DNA of 63,671 bases, filler included, from Cercozoa sp. M6MM (taxonomy: Eukaryota; Protista; Endomyxa: Ascetosporea): NCBI GenBank assembly GCA_040357565.1. It is 11 parts of 11 records of this genome, joined end to end, with 100 filler letters (N's around TTAATTAATTAA, not from the genome) between each part and the next. Parts side by side here need not be neighbours in the genome. Positions count along the whole stretch, not along the records: positions 1 to 8,027 come from JBDODJ010000577.1; positions 8,128 to 14,925 come from JBDODJ010000693.1; 9 more parts are not named here. One strand, given 5' to 3'. A model generated the notes under the pieces. It had not been told where the DNA came from and did not search any database. It was given only the letters and a program-made list of their open reading frames with translations. Every line of letters starts with the position of its first letter. Position 1 is the first letter of the stretch. Positions 1 to 12,031 of this stretch are shown piece after piece. The position numbers and the translations under genes are program-made.

Positions 1-45
1 GGGGGGGGGGGTAACAGGGGGTAATAAATAAATACGGCTCAACTA

Positions 46-325
46 CCGATCTGCGGAGTGCCCGGAACCGGCGTACTCGGCGTCGATTTCGACCTCTGCA
101 AATCAACGCACCCTTAACGACAAAACACAACCGTCTGCCGGGAAACGCACATCATGCGCGCTGCCGGCAGTTGCATTGTCCTCGAACTGCGCCACGCGGT
201 CGGCGACTGTCCCAAAACACAGCACACACACTCACACACACGTCAAAACGCTGCAAACAGTGCTCACTCGCGGATTTCGGCGCCTCGTCGCTTTTCTGGC
301 GCCGTTTTTTGCCAAAAAACGGCAT
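46..325 (-). CDS. 5' part of a hypothetical protein (spliced, runs off the window)
   Basis: Short coding-like blocks (MPFFGKKRRQKSDEAPKSA / ADRVAQFEDNATAGSAHD / RSKSTPSTPVPGTPQI) flanked by GT-AG introns. No recognisable domain; start codon uncertain. Confidence 0.35.
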
Positions 326-1188
326 TGCGCGTTTCTCCTGCAAAAAGCGCGCAAACATATACAGGCACGACGGGTTTCAGTTCCCAGCGACTGCTACAGG
401 CTACTGCAGAGCTAATTTACTGTCAGGATCACACTTTCTCGGCCGTCCGCGCGGAAGACTAAAGATACACACACAGACGGAAAAGTGAAAGTATGGTTGT
501 TTTGCAGCGCTGAAAGCGAGGAAACAAACTGAAAACAACAACAAAATTCAGTATTTGCAATCTCACACATTTTTGTGATTTTTTCTCCTTCTCGGCGAGG
601 ACACACGAAAGCGGCCCAGAACCGTCCTCACAAACAACACGCAACGCTGGCACACACTTTCTTCGGCAGAAACAAAGCACAATTGAAAGTGCAAAGTGCT
701 TGCTCCAAATTGGAGCCGAACCCTCCGGGTAGTCAACCCTCCCCCGTTTGTTTCATGACACGTGGCATCAATCGGATTGGGCAAAATAAAAAAACACACC
801 ACTCACGCTCGGTGTTCTTTGGGCTCGTGCTCGCCCACTTTAGCCAACCGTGGCGCGCACGTCTACACAATGCCTGCACACTGACGCAGCCAGTCGCTCA
901 AGAAAGCACACCTGGCGGCCACCTCTGACTTCATGATCGGTCAGAAACGTACGATCGTGCTTGAATTAAACAACTGACGGGAGCCGCCTTGTGGTGGCTA
1001 CCTCTTTGTGCCTACCGTGTGAGTCGAGTTCACCAAAAGTCATTTCACTTGGTCAGTTTGAATCAACAAGAATTCCCTTTTGCCAATCAGCAAATGATCA
1101 TCTCGAAGTAAAAACAAGGGGTATCGACAGTTGTTTCTCACTGATTGTGAAACCACTGCACAGTGATCTGACTCGACTAAGAGCGCGC

Positions 1189-3258
1189 ATGTGGTGGTGG
1201 CGTCGAATCGATCACGAGTCGTACAGTTTTCCCCACACAGAAAAATACCCGCAGTTCGTGATTGTGTCTCGTTGTCTAGGGGCGTAAAGGCCATCGAAGA
1301 AAACAATCATAGGTCTCTCCAAGCCTGTCGTCGATGGACGTAGTGTTGCATGTTTAATTTGGTGCGAAGCATCTCGTGATTTCTCAGGCTTGTTCAGGCA
1401 CGAAGAGTGGCAGAAACATGGCATGCTGGAAGGCGTGCGAAGTACAGTTTTAGGACTGGTGTGTGCACTCGGCAGAGTCACTTGCTTACGCGTCCTGCTG
1501 GATGGTAGACCAGTATTTTTTGTTTGTCAACTTGACTGGCAAATCCTAAAAGTGACCTGTGGGAATGTTGCGAACAGTGTGTCCACCAGAAGCCTTGCAG
1601 ATGCGTGACTTTCGCGGTCGCACGCCGTTGCTGGCGGCCGTGTTCAAGCAGCAACACGACTGTGTGAGGACGCTGCTTCAGCACGAAAGGATAGACTTGG
1701 AGATGCTTAGCATCTCTGACGGGTTTCGGTGCAACGTGTTCCACCATGCCGCATCCAACGGTACGTTTCTCCCGTTTAGCACTCCCACAGAAACAATGTA
1801 AATACAGGCGATCTTGAGACGTTCGGACTGCTGAAAAACTATTGCAAAGACGGGTCCGAATGGACACAGCTGCTGGAACAGCCCAATGCGGTACAATTAT
1901 CACTTTTTGTAGGTGTTAATAAACACAGTAGGAATGCTTGTGAGACACAGCAAGGTATGACGCCGTTGTTGGCGAGTTTGTTCATGAGTGATCCGACCAC
2001 ATGTCACTCCTTCGTTCGTGCGCGAGGGCATGTCATTGCCGATGTGAACAGTCAGGATTGCTTGACCCAGCTGCGTTCGGTCTTTCCGAAAGAAGCAGTT
2101 CAGGCGAGACTGCACATTCTCCTGCGGAACGGAACATTGTCGTCGCTGCGTTTGTGCTTGCGTCTTCATGTCGACCTGCTCGATTCGCTGTTCGATGAGA
2201 GATCGAGTTGGCGGCCTGGCTTTGCTTCGGCCACTCCACTTGTACGGCTTCTCTCTCTCTCTCTTTCTCTCTGTCCCCCTCAAGTTCCAAAGCTGATTTA
2301 CCATTCTTTTGTTGTCTTTTAACAGAATGCTCTCATGTCGCGATTCAACGATAAAAAGGAAGAAAATGTCGAATTTTTGCGTCACGCGTTGTTTCACGCT
2401 GCTTCTCGTGCTGCACCGGTAGAGTTGATGCTGATTTAAAAGCACAGAAGACTCAATTTGCTGTCTGTTCTGTGTAGGAACAAGTTCGAACACTCACGCG
2501 AGTGCTTCGTGCCTGCATTCGAGGTCAGCTGCCTGCAACACCGGTGCCAGTACTGTGCGATGTGCTGCTGCGGTACGATCAACCGTGTGCGCAAGCATTG
2601 ACTTGTAACGGCATGCACTTGTGCGTTTGTACTGCTGGTTCTGTCGAAAATCGATATTTGGAGTTTGAAACGATCTTTTCCGCAGCAAAAACGAGTACGA
2701 TCGCAGCTTGACTGCTTTGACGGCTTTGTTACAGCATCCGGTGTCTGGTTCGCTAGTCGAACAGACAGAAGTAGTGCATGAGTTCCTTTTTGGGTGCCCT
2801 AAACTTTCTTGCTTGGATATCGTATACTTTTGGTAGTTTCTTGTACTTTTTGACTAGTATGGTGCGAGTTGCGAGTCATCTCGTTCCCAGCCTGTTCGAG
2901 AAACGCCTCGATCGAGTGTCTCGTTTGCTTGCTGATTTCGGTAAGCTTAGCTGTTTGCTTTTACTGGCAGATATCGCATTGGTTTCTATCGATGTGTAAA
3001 CGCAGAGTGGCTGTGCGGCACCGTTGAGTTTGAACCGTGCTCGCAATACGATGAAACTGCACAAGGCAAGCAGAGGATTTTGATTGAGAAAGCTCGTGAT
3101 CTGTACACCATGTTTCGCACGAGGGGTGACTTTGCTAGTTTTATGTGCCTCTCAGACTGCAGAGACGGCGTGTTGAAACATTGGAGGTTCTTACGAGTGG
3201 ATTGCGAGAACTCAATCTGATTGCTGACTGCGCTGGTGTCGTGCTCGAGTTTCTCTAA
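1189..3258 (+). CDS. Ankyrin-repeat protein (multi-exon)
   Basis: Spliced exons give ankyrin motifs STVLGLVCALGRVTCLRVLL, RGRTPLLAAVFKQQHDCVRTLL, NVFHHAASNGDLETFGLL and QGMTPLLASL. Last exon ends ...LNLIADCAGVVLEFL-TAA (3256-3258). Start uncertain. Confidence 0.75.
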
Positions 3259-3490
3259 CTGTACGGACTCGCTTGCGAGCCAAGCGAAGCACTGTGTTAG
3301 GTAGAGAGACCGCGGTGGCTTAATTGGTCATTATCAGGTCACATAACAGAGCGAATTGCGCAAGCAACAGGAAACAACGAACAATATCTTTAAAGAAAAT
3401 TGTTCTGCCCGACAGTCCGCAGTTTAAAGTCTAGCGCACTGTCATTGGTGCGCATTTGTGACTCTGAGACAATCAAAGCACCTCTTATTA

Positions 3491-6400
3491 ATGATCGACT
3501 TGTACGACGCGATTGTGGAAGACGGTTTGTTCTTTGCCTGTGCGTGCACTGACAGGTATCGTTTCGTATGTGTGTGCTTGGGTCAGACGAGAGATTTTGC
3601 GATGACCCGGAGCGCGAGAGATTGCTGCAGTCGAGTCGTGAGAGCACAGCGCCGTCGGAGGAGAAGGACAGGGCCGTGTACTGCGACGTGTGCGAGCGTA
3701 TGATTGCGCCCGATGAGCCGAGGTTTCACTCACTGCAGCTCGATGATTTCGACGTGTGCGCCGAGTGTTTTCGAAACTGCGCGACTGCTACGATGCAGAG
3801 TGAACACGGCCGTTTCTTTGGCGCCGAGCAGGAACTGCCCGGCGTGCAGTACCGCCTGTTCCGCACCGAAACGCAGAAACGAGCGCCCTGGCGTCTGCTT
3901 CCGTCCGGTATCGACTTTTTCGGGGTTTTTCCTGTATACCTTTGTCTCATGTTTGAAGAATTGTATTAATCGATTGTGCAGCCTTCGTAAATATGCAATT
4001 ATATCTCTATTTACATAAGATATTCCATCTATCTTATTATATATGTTTAATAATCTGTATTATTTGTTCATACTTATAAAAATGTATACTATGCAGTGTT
4101 TTTATATCACACCTCATACATACCCAAATGTGTTGCCCGGCAGCCTTTGTGCGCGAGACAGCGTCGCCATGGAAGCTGACGAAGCGTGCCAAGTCGTTTC
4201 GACAGTTTCGAGACCTGTTCCTTGGCGTACCGGGTGTCTGGGCCGGTCGAGTCGCGTTTCAGTACGTGCTACGCGACGCGATGTCTCTCGTTGCCACCGA
4301 TCGCAGACCACGCGACGTTTCCTTTGCTCAGTTTGGTCGCTCCGTGCGCTTGCTGTATGTGCCCTCTGTTCCTCAAGTCCTCAGTCTGTCAAGTGTTTCC
4401 CTTGTGCACAGAGCGCAGAACCTGCTGAGACTGAGTTCACACAAGAAACGCAAGGTGCTGACACTGCTGCCCAACATTTTCGAGCACGTGCTACTCGATG
4501 CCGCGTGTGTGGCGGCCTCGTTGTGCCCAGTGCCGATCGAGTCGAAGCTTGACTCGAGCTGCGCCGAATTCGTGCGGCACGTGCTGACTGCACTCGACGC
4601 GGAAACCTGCGCCGTCGTTTGTTTGTCTTCGCACTCGTCGCTCCTGGAGAATGCACTGCCCGACGGTGTCTCTGTGGTCGAAATTCCCGACACACAAGTC
4701 CTGCACTGGTGAGACCTGTCAGTTCGTGTTGTAGGACTGACAAGATACAAGAATTGCTTTTGTTAGTTTCGAGTCCTTTGATGCCTACGAAACTAGCGAG
4801 AGCGAGTGGTCTAAATTCGCCTTTGCAAAGCCGCAGTGTTTCGTTGATATCCAGGGCAAGCAGACACCGTCGGATGCAGTGACTCTTGTCTTCACCAGTG
4901 GTACTACGGGACTTCCCAAAGGTGTCGCATACGACGACACTCTGGCCCGCGCCAACGTGTTCGACTACGCCGGCGAGTCGCGTCTCCTGGTCAATGTAGT
5001 CTCGGGATCGATCGCGCACCTGTCGCAGCGAGAGGCCGTACAATCGCCTTTTTAATTCAACCCTTTTTGATTCAACCCTTTGATTTGGCCAACTGTTTTG
5101 AACTGCTATTTCAAAGGTGTGGACGACGTTGTTGCTGGGTGGACGTTCGTGCTTTGCTTCCAGTGAGTTTACGCTTTTTTTGTTCGGCTTTTCTGCGGGT
5201 GGACGTTTCTTTGTGTGTTCAGATGCTTCCGGTCTGTTCGATGACTTTCAATGCTTCCGGCCGACCGAACTGTCGTTGGTGACTTCAGCTTCTATCTTTT
5301 TTGTGTGTTTGAACTGATTCGGCTTGCAGACACCAAGAGTGTACCAAGCGATGCAGCAGCGTTTCTTGCAGTACGCCACTTCGATGGTAGCAGTCTTTTT
5401 TTCGTTCGTCCGGTTTTAAACTCTGTTTTGTTCTTTAGGACGAACGCAATGCCTATCGACAAGTACGAATCGACATTGGGTTTGTCTGACTTATTAACTG
5501 AGATGAGATGATTTAACTCAATGTGTCTGTGCAGAAGTGACAGATTGCGAGCCATTTGTGTTGGTAGTTTGCGCGAAAGCAATTTTGGATTCGTGTGCAA
5601 ACCGAGGATGCCTTGTCTCAGGTGGCGCCTTTGTGTCCAGTGATTTGCGCAGCTTTCTCAAGCAGCTTGTGAAACCGTGTCAGCCTGCCCGTACAACAAA
5701 AACTCTAGCTGCAACTCTTTCTGTCTCTGTTTTTTAACTCTGTGAAACTTAGAGGACGGGCCGTACAAGAACATTCCTCTGCCAAAAGTGACTTACTCCG
5801 AAAGTTACGGCACTTCTGAGGCTGGTAAACTTACTTACTGACCTTTAAGTTTGGGGCGTTAGCTTAATTCTGGGTCTGCAGGTTCAATCGCCGACACGGA
5901 CGGCAACATCTACCCCGAAGTCAAGTTTAAGGTCTCGCTTTCGCCTCTCTGTTTTGACTTAGAATTTCTCTGTGTTTTTGGTAGATTCTGGCTGTGGAAA
6001 CCGACAACGCAAATCCGAAAATTGGCGAGCTTTTGGGTACTTTTCAGTTTACGCTGTGGCTTTCGTTTTTGCCTGACAACACGATTACTGTTGTATCTTT
6101 ACTTGTGACACAGTGAAAACCAACACGCAGATTCGTGGTTATCTCGGCGGTGTCCATGTAAGTTCACTTTTGTTGATGCTGGTATTATTCGTGTTTTACC
6201 TTTTAATGCTTCGACTGAACTCAGAGCGAAAAATTCGACAGTGAAGGCTACTTTTGTACCGGTGATATCGTCGAGTTGATAGGTACCGTGTCGACTACCA
6301 GGAAATATAAATTTCAATACTAAAAGGTTTGTGCGTTTCTCTTGTAGGAAGTCGGCGCATTCGTATCATTGATCGAGTTGCGTCACTGTTCAAACTGGCG

Positions 6401-7770
6401 CATGGTAGATTGCGTTTAACGACTCAGTGCGAGTCCGTAAAATCGAGAATTGCTTTGGTTTGGCCAGGCGAGATGGTGTCGGCACAGCGAGTGGAACAGA
6501 AGCTCGTGCAACTGCTGGGTGTGACTGATGCGATTGTGCTTTCGCCTTCAGTTCAGCTTTCGCCGACTCGCGTCGCTGCTGTCGTTGTAGACCCGCACAA
6601 TGCACTCGATCAGGTACTTTAAACGTTTTTGCTGCGTCCGAAACACTGTTCTCTTGCGTGTAGAACCAACACAAACTGCAACAAGAGTTGAAAAGCTTTG
6701 AGATTCCTTTCAAATTTTTCCGCGCGGACGCACTGCCAACAACCGTGTCTGGCAAGAAAAAACGCAGTCAAGTGCAGAAGCAGTTCCAGAAACGTGTCGA
6801 TGAAGCGTATGCAAAGTTCGGCGGAAACTCGCGACAAGAACAGTCGTGGCAAGCGAAATTCGAGCAACTCGGCGCCGATTCCATGGTTTTTGAACTCTGG
6901 TTATGAATGCTGAAAGGAAACAAAATTGTGTTCGCCAGGCGGCAGTGTCGCTCGCCTCGCAAATGAGACAAGCTGGCATCTGTATCGAACCCTCTGGCGT
7001 GCTGCAACGCGGAAAACGAGGCCAACTGGATGAGAGCTCTGCTGCTGCTACAGCTGCTGATCGACGTGTGCGTTTCTCCCCGAAAACTCACTTCACAAAA
7101 TCAGCAAGGACTGAAAAATGCTAACTGTAGGACCAAGTGAAACTGATTCGCGAGTCCGTTGAGGCCTATGCAGAGTGTGTGACTCGTTTGCTGAGTGAGA
7201 TCCGCGCGGACGGAGCGATTGGAGCGGGTGACACGATTGTTCTGACCGGTGCGACAGGATTCGTTGGTCGCAACGTGCTGCGCGACCTGTTGCAGCACAC
7301 GGACTTTCATGTCGTGTGTCTGGTCCGACAGATTCCTGGAACAACATCAGTGGAAGAAAAGCTTGTGGGAGAAACGCTAGCAGAAGAAACGCTGGCGGGA
7401 GAAAGGCACGATCGCGTAACATGGCAGCAGTGCGACCTGGCGACGCCGGTGGGAGCCTTGGAACGTGCAGTCAGCTCAGTGTTGGATGGACTGACCAGGT
7501 CACTAGTCGGGTCACGAGTCGGGTCACGAGTCAGGTCGCTAGATGCGGTCCGCGCGGTCGTGCACACAGGTGCGACGGTGAACCACGTGGCCAGCTTCTG
7601 TGACCTGGTAGACTGCAACGTGGGCGGCACTGCTCTGGCGACGGTTGTGGCGCGTCGACTGCGCGCGCGACTGGTCGCGTGCAGTTCCGTGTCGGTGCTG
7701 CCGCAGCACGCGCTGTCGGCCGACGCGACTCTCGAAGTGCCCGACGTCACGCTGCGACACATGATCGGGT
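3491..7770 (+). CDS. NRPS-like carboxylic acid reductase (adenylation-thiolation-reductase) with N-terminal ZZ-type zinc finger; 3' end lost at contig gap
   Basis: ZZ-like CDVCERMIAPDEPRFHSLQLDDFDVCAECF (3682-3771). A-domain motifs FTSGTTGLPKG (~4891), SYGTSEAG (~5802), YFCTGDI (~6249), IIDRVASLFKLAHGEMVS and LPTTVSGK. Carrier motif FEQLGADSM/AAVSLAS (~6860-6960). Reductase VLTGATGFVGRNVLRDLL, VHTGATVNH and NVGGT. The junctions I checked join in frame through GT-AG introns. Confidence 0.88.
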
Positions 7771-8027
7771 TGGCCTTACCTCCCTCTTTTACCCCGCTCT
7801 TTACCCCCCTCTTTCACCCCCTCTTTACCCCCCTCTTTCGCCCCTCTTTACCCCCTCCCCTCCCCTCTGATTACCTTTCTTTACTGGGTGTTAATCCCCC
7901 TGCTTATTTACCCCGACTATTTACCCCCTGTTTACCCCCTATTTTACTCCCTGTTTAACTTGGTTTACTGGCGTATTTACCCCCTCTACCGCCCCGGTTA
8001 AGAGGGGGGCGCAGAGGGGGGGAAAGA

Positions 8028-8127
8028 NNNNNNNNNNNNNNNNNNNNNNNNNNNNNNNNNNNNNNNNNNNNTTAATTAATTAANNNNNNNNNNNNNNNNN
8101 NNNNNNNNNNNNNNNNNNNNNNNNNNN
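8028..8127. other. Artificial contig-join spacer N-TTAATTAATTAA-N (12-mer also at 14970, 20004, 25084, 33980, 35505, 38910, 40730, 59695, 62565)
   Basis: Identical 12-mer with stops in all six frames, centred in ~100-bp N blocks; genes are truncated on either side. Confidence 0.97.
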
Positions 8128-8180
<53 letters not shown>

Positions 8181-8190
8181 NNNNNNNNNN

Positions 8191-8239
<49 letters not shown>

Positions 8240-8297
8240 AGTCAGAGTGTAAGCACACACACACACACACGCACACACACACACACATACACACACA

Positions 8298-8715
8298 GTG
8301 AATGTGCTACTTGACACGGTGCTCAGCACGCGGATCGAATTTGAAACCGATTTCGTCGCGCAACAGACGCAGCAGCGACTGTACACACACACACACAAAA
8401 TACAGAAGGAGATGTCGAGGTGGAAAGAGAAGCACGTGTGCATTTGTGTGTATGTGTGTGTATGTGTATGTGTGTGTATGTATGTATGTGTATGTGTGTG
8501 TATGTGTGTGTGTGTATGTGTGTGTATGTGTATGTGTGTATGTATGTGTATGTATGTGTATGTATGTGTATGTGTATGTGTATGTATGTGTGTATGTGTG
8601 TATGTATGTGTGTGTNNNNNNNNNNNNNNNNNNNNNNNNNNNNNNNNNNNNNNNNNNNNNNNNNNNNNNNNNNNNNNNNNNNNNNNNNNNNNNNNNNNNN
8701 NNNNNNNNNNNNNNN

Positions 8716-8752
<37 letters not shown>

Positions 8753-8848
8753 TAGCACGGACGCCAATCGAAGCATCAGCATGAGCACCAGCGCGCTTGC
8801 TGACACGGGTATCTTTGTGTCTGAGTGTATGTGTGTATGTGTCTGAGT

Positions 8849-8888
<40 letters not shown>

Positions 8889-9150
8889 ATTCATAGTAGG
8901 AGAGAAGAGCAAGGACGACCTGTGCTTTGTGTGCGTCGACGGCAGCAAGCAGCCGCTGCAGGCACTTACGGCTGCTCTGCCAGCCGACTCTTCCGCTTGT
9001 GTTCCGGTAGGGACAGCCTCTCTGTCTTCTTGTGTTGAGACACACAGACTTGTGTGTACAGGTGCAATACCGTCCGTCGGATGACCTGGTGTTCATGCCG
9101 TTGAACTGTCCCGTGTGCAGGTATCTCTTATTTTTTTATGTTTGTGTATG

Positions 9151-9201
<51 letters not shown>

Positions 9202-9976
9202 CTATGTATATGTATAGTATCTATATATGTATGTGTGTGTGCGTCTATGTGCGTGCAGTACAAAGCTAGGCGCGTGTCTGCTGCGTCCGCCGATGCATCT
9301 GACGGCACAGCTGCCCGAACGCACCTGCGTGTTCCCACACACACGGCTCTACGGTACGCGGCGACGTGCCTCCTTGGTACGTGCTTGCTCAGGACACACA
9401 CACACACACATGCACACACACACGTGCACATGCACATGCGCGCATACAGATGGCGCGCCAGAAGACACGCCGACCGGTGCCGCTGCTGTCGCCGTCGCGA
9501 CCGCCGAAGCACGCCGGCGCCGACGCCGACGACGAATCATTGCCTTCGCCGGCGAAACGCGCCAGGTTCGACGATCGCACGCGACTCTTTGACCTCGGTA
9601 GCTCTAGTACCTGTGTCTGCAGACCTGTGGCTTGTACATCTGCACACAACCTGCACACAGCTGGGAGTGGCCGCAACTCCATGTGCGACGACTCGGCGAT
9701 GGACATCTCGCAGCTCGACGACGATGCCGACGACAGTGCGGCCGACAAAGAGAATGCCGACATTGCTGCCAACAGCAGCGTGCACAATGCGAGTCGCGTG
9801 CCTGTTTCTTCCTTGGTACGAGTGCTCTCTCTCCCTCTTCCCCCCTCTTCCCTCTCTCTCTCTCTCTCTCTATCTATCTCGTTCTTTATGGTCTGACACA
9901 GAGGTCCACAAAAAAGACACAGTCCGGCTCGCCCATGATCAAGTTTTCGGTCAGCAAGTTTCGCTACCAGCCCTAA
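8298..9976 (+). CDS. Hypothetical protein, 3' part (coiled segment, CxxC...CPVC possible zinc-binding region, disordered tail)
   Basis: Exons between microsatellite-filled introns: LCFVC...LNCPVC, then a low-complexity tail ending KFSVSKFRYQP-TAA at 9976. Confidence 0.4.
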
Positions 9977-10096
9977 CGAGTGTTAGCAGTCTACCAAACG
10001 CGTGTCTTGTTTGGTTCAATTAGAGTCCTAACCCATGATACGGCTCACAAAATTTAATCCGTTGCGAAGTCAAACACGGAGACGCCTTTGGTCAGA

Positions 10097-10183
10097 AGCA
10101 GATGATGAAATTACAGCGATCGGAAGAGCCGAATGAGACCCAAACAAGGGTCGTGGATTTAAATTGTCGCGCCTGATTTTGCT
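10097..10183 (+). ncRNA. Box C/D snoRNA, U49/SNORD49-like
   Basis: Box C ATGATGA 10102-10108, D' ATGA 10133-10136, box D CTGA 10173-10176, terminal AGCA/TGCT stem and internal GACCC/GGGTC hairpin. The guide GGAAGAGCCGA just before D' is complementary to conserved LSU rRNA UCGGCUCUUCC; the D'+5 rule gives the C of UCGGC, the site guided by U49. Confidence 0.8.
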
Positions 10184-10354
10184 GTTTTGTTGTTTTTGCG
10201 GTTGTCAATTCGTTATACTTATCGATTTGTTAGAATGACGGTTGCATTGGAACGCACGCGCTTCGGCTAGGTTTGACTGCGATTGCATTGGAACGCACGC
10301 GCAATGGAGAACTGAAAGGCCGAAAGAAACAGAGCAGACAGCGCGCGCGGCTAC

Positions 10355-10408
10355 AAAAAAAGTGTGATACAATCGTGGATTTTTCGTGTCATCCTTAACG
10401 CAGGGACC

Positions 10409-10439
<31 letters not shown>

Positions 10440-10459
10440 TGAATTATGCCCCGAAGGGC
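10355..10459 (-). ncRNA. U6: U6 spliceosomal snRNA
   Basis: Minus strand reads GCCCTTCGGGGC...AAAATTGGAACGATACAGAGAAGATTAGCATGGTCCCTGCGTTAAGGATGACACG...TTTTTTT: 5' UUCG hairpin, ACAGAGA box, AGC triad, internal stem-loop and Pol III T-run. Confidence 0.97.
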
Positions 10460-10739
10460 AATTTAAGCAGGGTAATTGCGTTAGTTACCCGACTGTAGTG
10501 TCCTTGACGAACTTTGTCGCCTCATGGGCCAAGCTGTCCAGTGTTTGGTCTGCATAAGTCAGTTAGTTGAGTCTTTTAAGGTATGCGCAGTTGACAACGC
10601 AACTGAAAGTAATCAAAGACATGGCATTGACCGACGCTACGCAAGGAATCATATCAATTAACGTAACGAACTGAACGAATCAGAAGACCCCCGGTCAGAA
10701 GCACAAACAGGCGGGCAGAAAAACAAAGATGACCTGCGT

Positions 10740-11324
10740 CTACTGCGGTCTCACACCGCCCTGCCCAGAGGTGAGGTGCTAAATGGGAGTGGGAGAACTG
10801 ACAAGAATCAAAGGCAAGTGGAGGCACCTGCGACGGGTCCCAGCTCGTGTAGTCCTCGGCCTGCAGAGAGAGTAAGACACAGGCACACACACATGCTTGT
10901 TGTACAGACATCTGAGACACCTCGCAGAAAGGAGAGGCACCTGGTAGCGACCGTGCTTGTAGTTGGATGGCACGTACGGCGTCTTGGTGTCCGTCGGGTT
11001 GCCTGAGTGCTGCAGTTCGAAGAACTTTGGCTTGGTGAACAACGGGTGGCCCGGGTGCACTGCAAACAACACCAACACACGTATACTCGAACCCAGAACA
11101 CAAGCCCCAACGTACTGTCAGAGGTGTGATGCAGCCACATGAACCACTCGGGCGACACCTTGTCCTGCACCGTGAACATAGTATGATAGCAACCAGAACA
11201 CTCTACTAGTGGCACATGGTACGGGTCGCTTTCCGAACGGCGCGTCAGCGTACTCGACCCAGCGGTGGCGGCCGTTCTGGGCGAACTTGCCCTCGTAGTA
11301 CCTGCCAGACACAGCACGCGCTTC

Positions 11325-11380
<56 letters not shown>

Positions 11381-11859
11381 CACGCACAAGTAAAAGAGTT
11401 ACTTGTTGCCGTGCTCGTCCACTCCCTTGAGTTCACCAAAGTACTTGCCGATCATGACCTGCAAACACACGCACTCACGCACTCAAGGCCAACATGTCCC
11501 CAGACAGCTCTACCTGATCGAACATCATGAAGTTCTTGAGTGCCGAAGCGACGCCATTGACACGCACATCGTTCAGCACAGCCTCTACGCAAAAGCAGGA
11601 AATAAACACAACAGCAGAAAACAAACACCAAAGGCTGCAAAAGGCAATATCAATCACAAAACAGTCGAACAACACAAAAAAGCTTTGCAACAAAAGAAAC
11701 AAACTGCCACGCTGGCTATTACACGTGCGAACGATTCACAGACTTGTGCACGCACACACGTCAGCACGGCACTTGGCACTCCGCTGACTCAGAAAAGCAC
11801 ATACCGATGCTGCGCCAAAACTGTAAGTTCGACGACGGCAACCACTTGATGTTAGGCAT
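10740..11859 (-). CDS. NDUFA12: NADH:ubiquinone oxidoreductase subunit B17.2
   Basis: Spliced GELKGVDEHGNKYYE...RHRWVEY...VSPEWFMWLHHTSD...HSGNPTDT...YTSWDP matches the NDUFA12 signature. Confidence 0.92.
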
Positions 11860-12031
11860 CTTGGATGCAGCTAGCACACGTCGAATACCACTAGCACCGC
11901 CCTGTACTCCCCTGTCCCTGAAAGGTGACCACCTGTCCACTGTGACCAAATATAAAAGAAAGTCCTGTCTTCTGCAAGGATCTATTAAGCTGATAAGGTG
12001 CGTGCATACGTGTGTTTTTGAATAAAAACGC

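Noticed and set aside
1189-7770. Ankyrin-ZZ-CAR single fusion gene
   Set aside because: The ankyrin frame ends at TAA 3256-3258 and a fresh ATG with its own first intron begins at 3491.
7775-7990. Telomeric array
   Set aside because: The TTTACCCC units are irregular, intronic and occur internally in many genes.
8072-8846. Long HT/CV-rich ORFs in the ORF track
   Set aside because: Translations of (CA)n/(GT)n microsatellites and N gaps.
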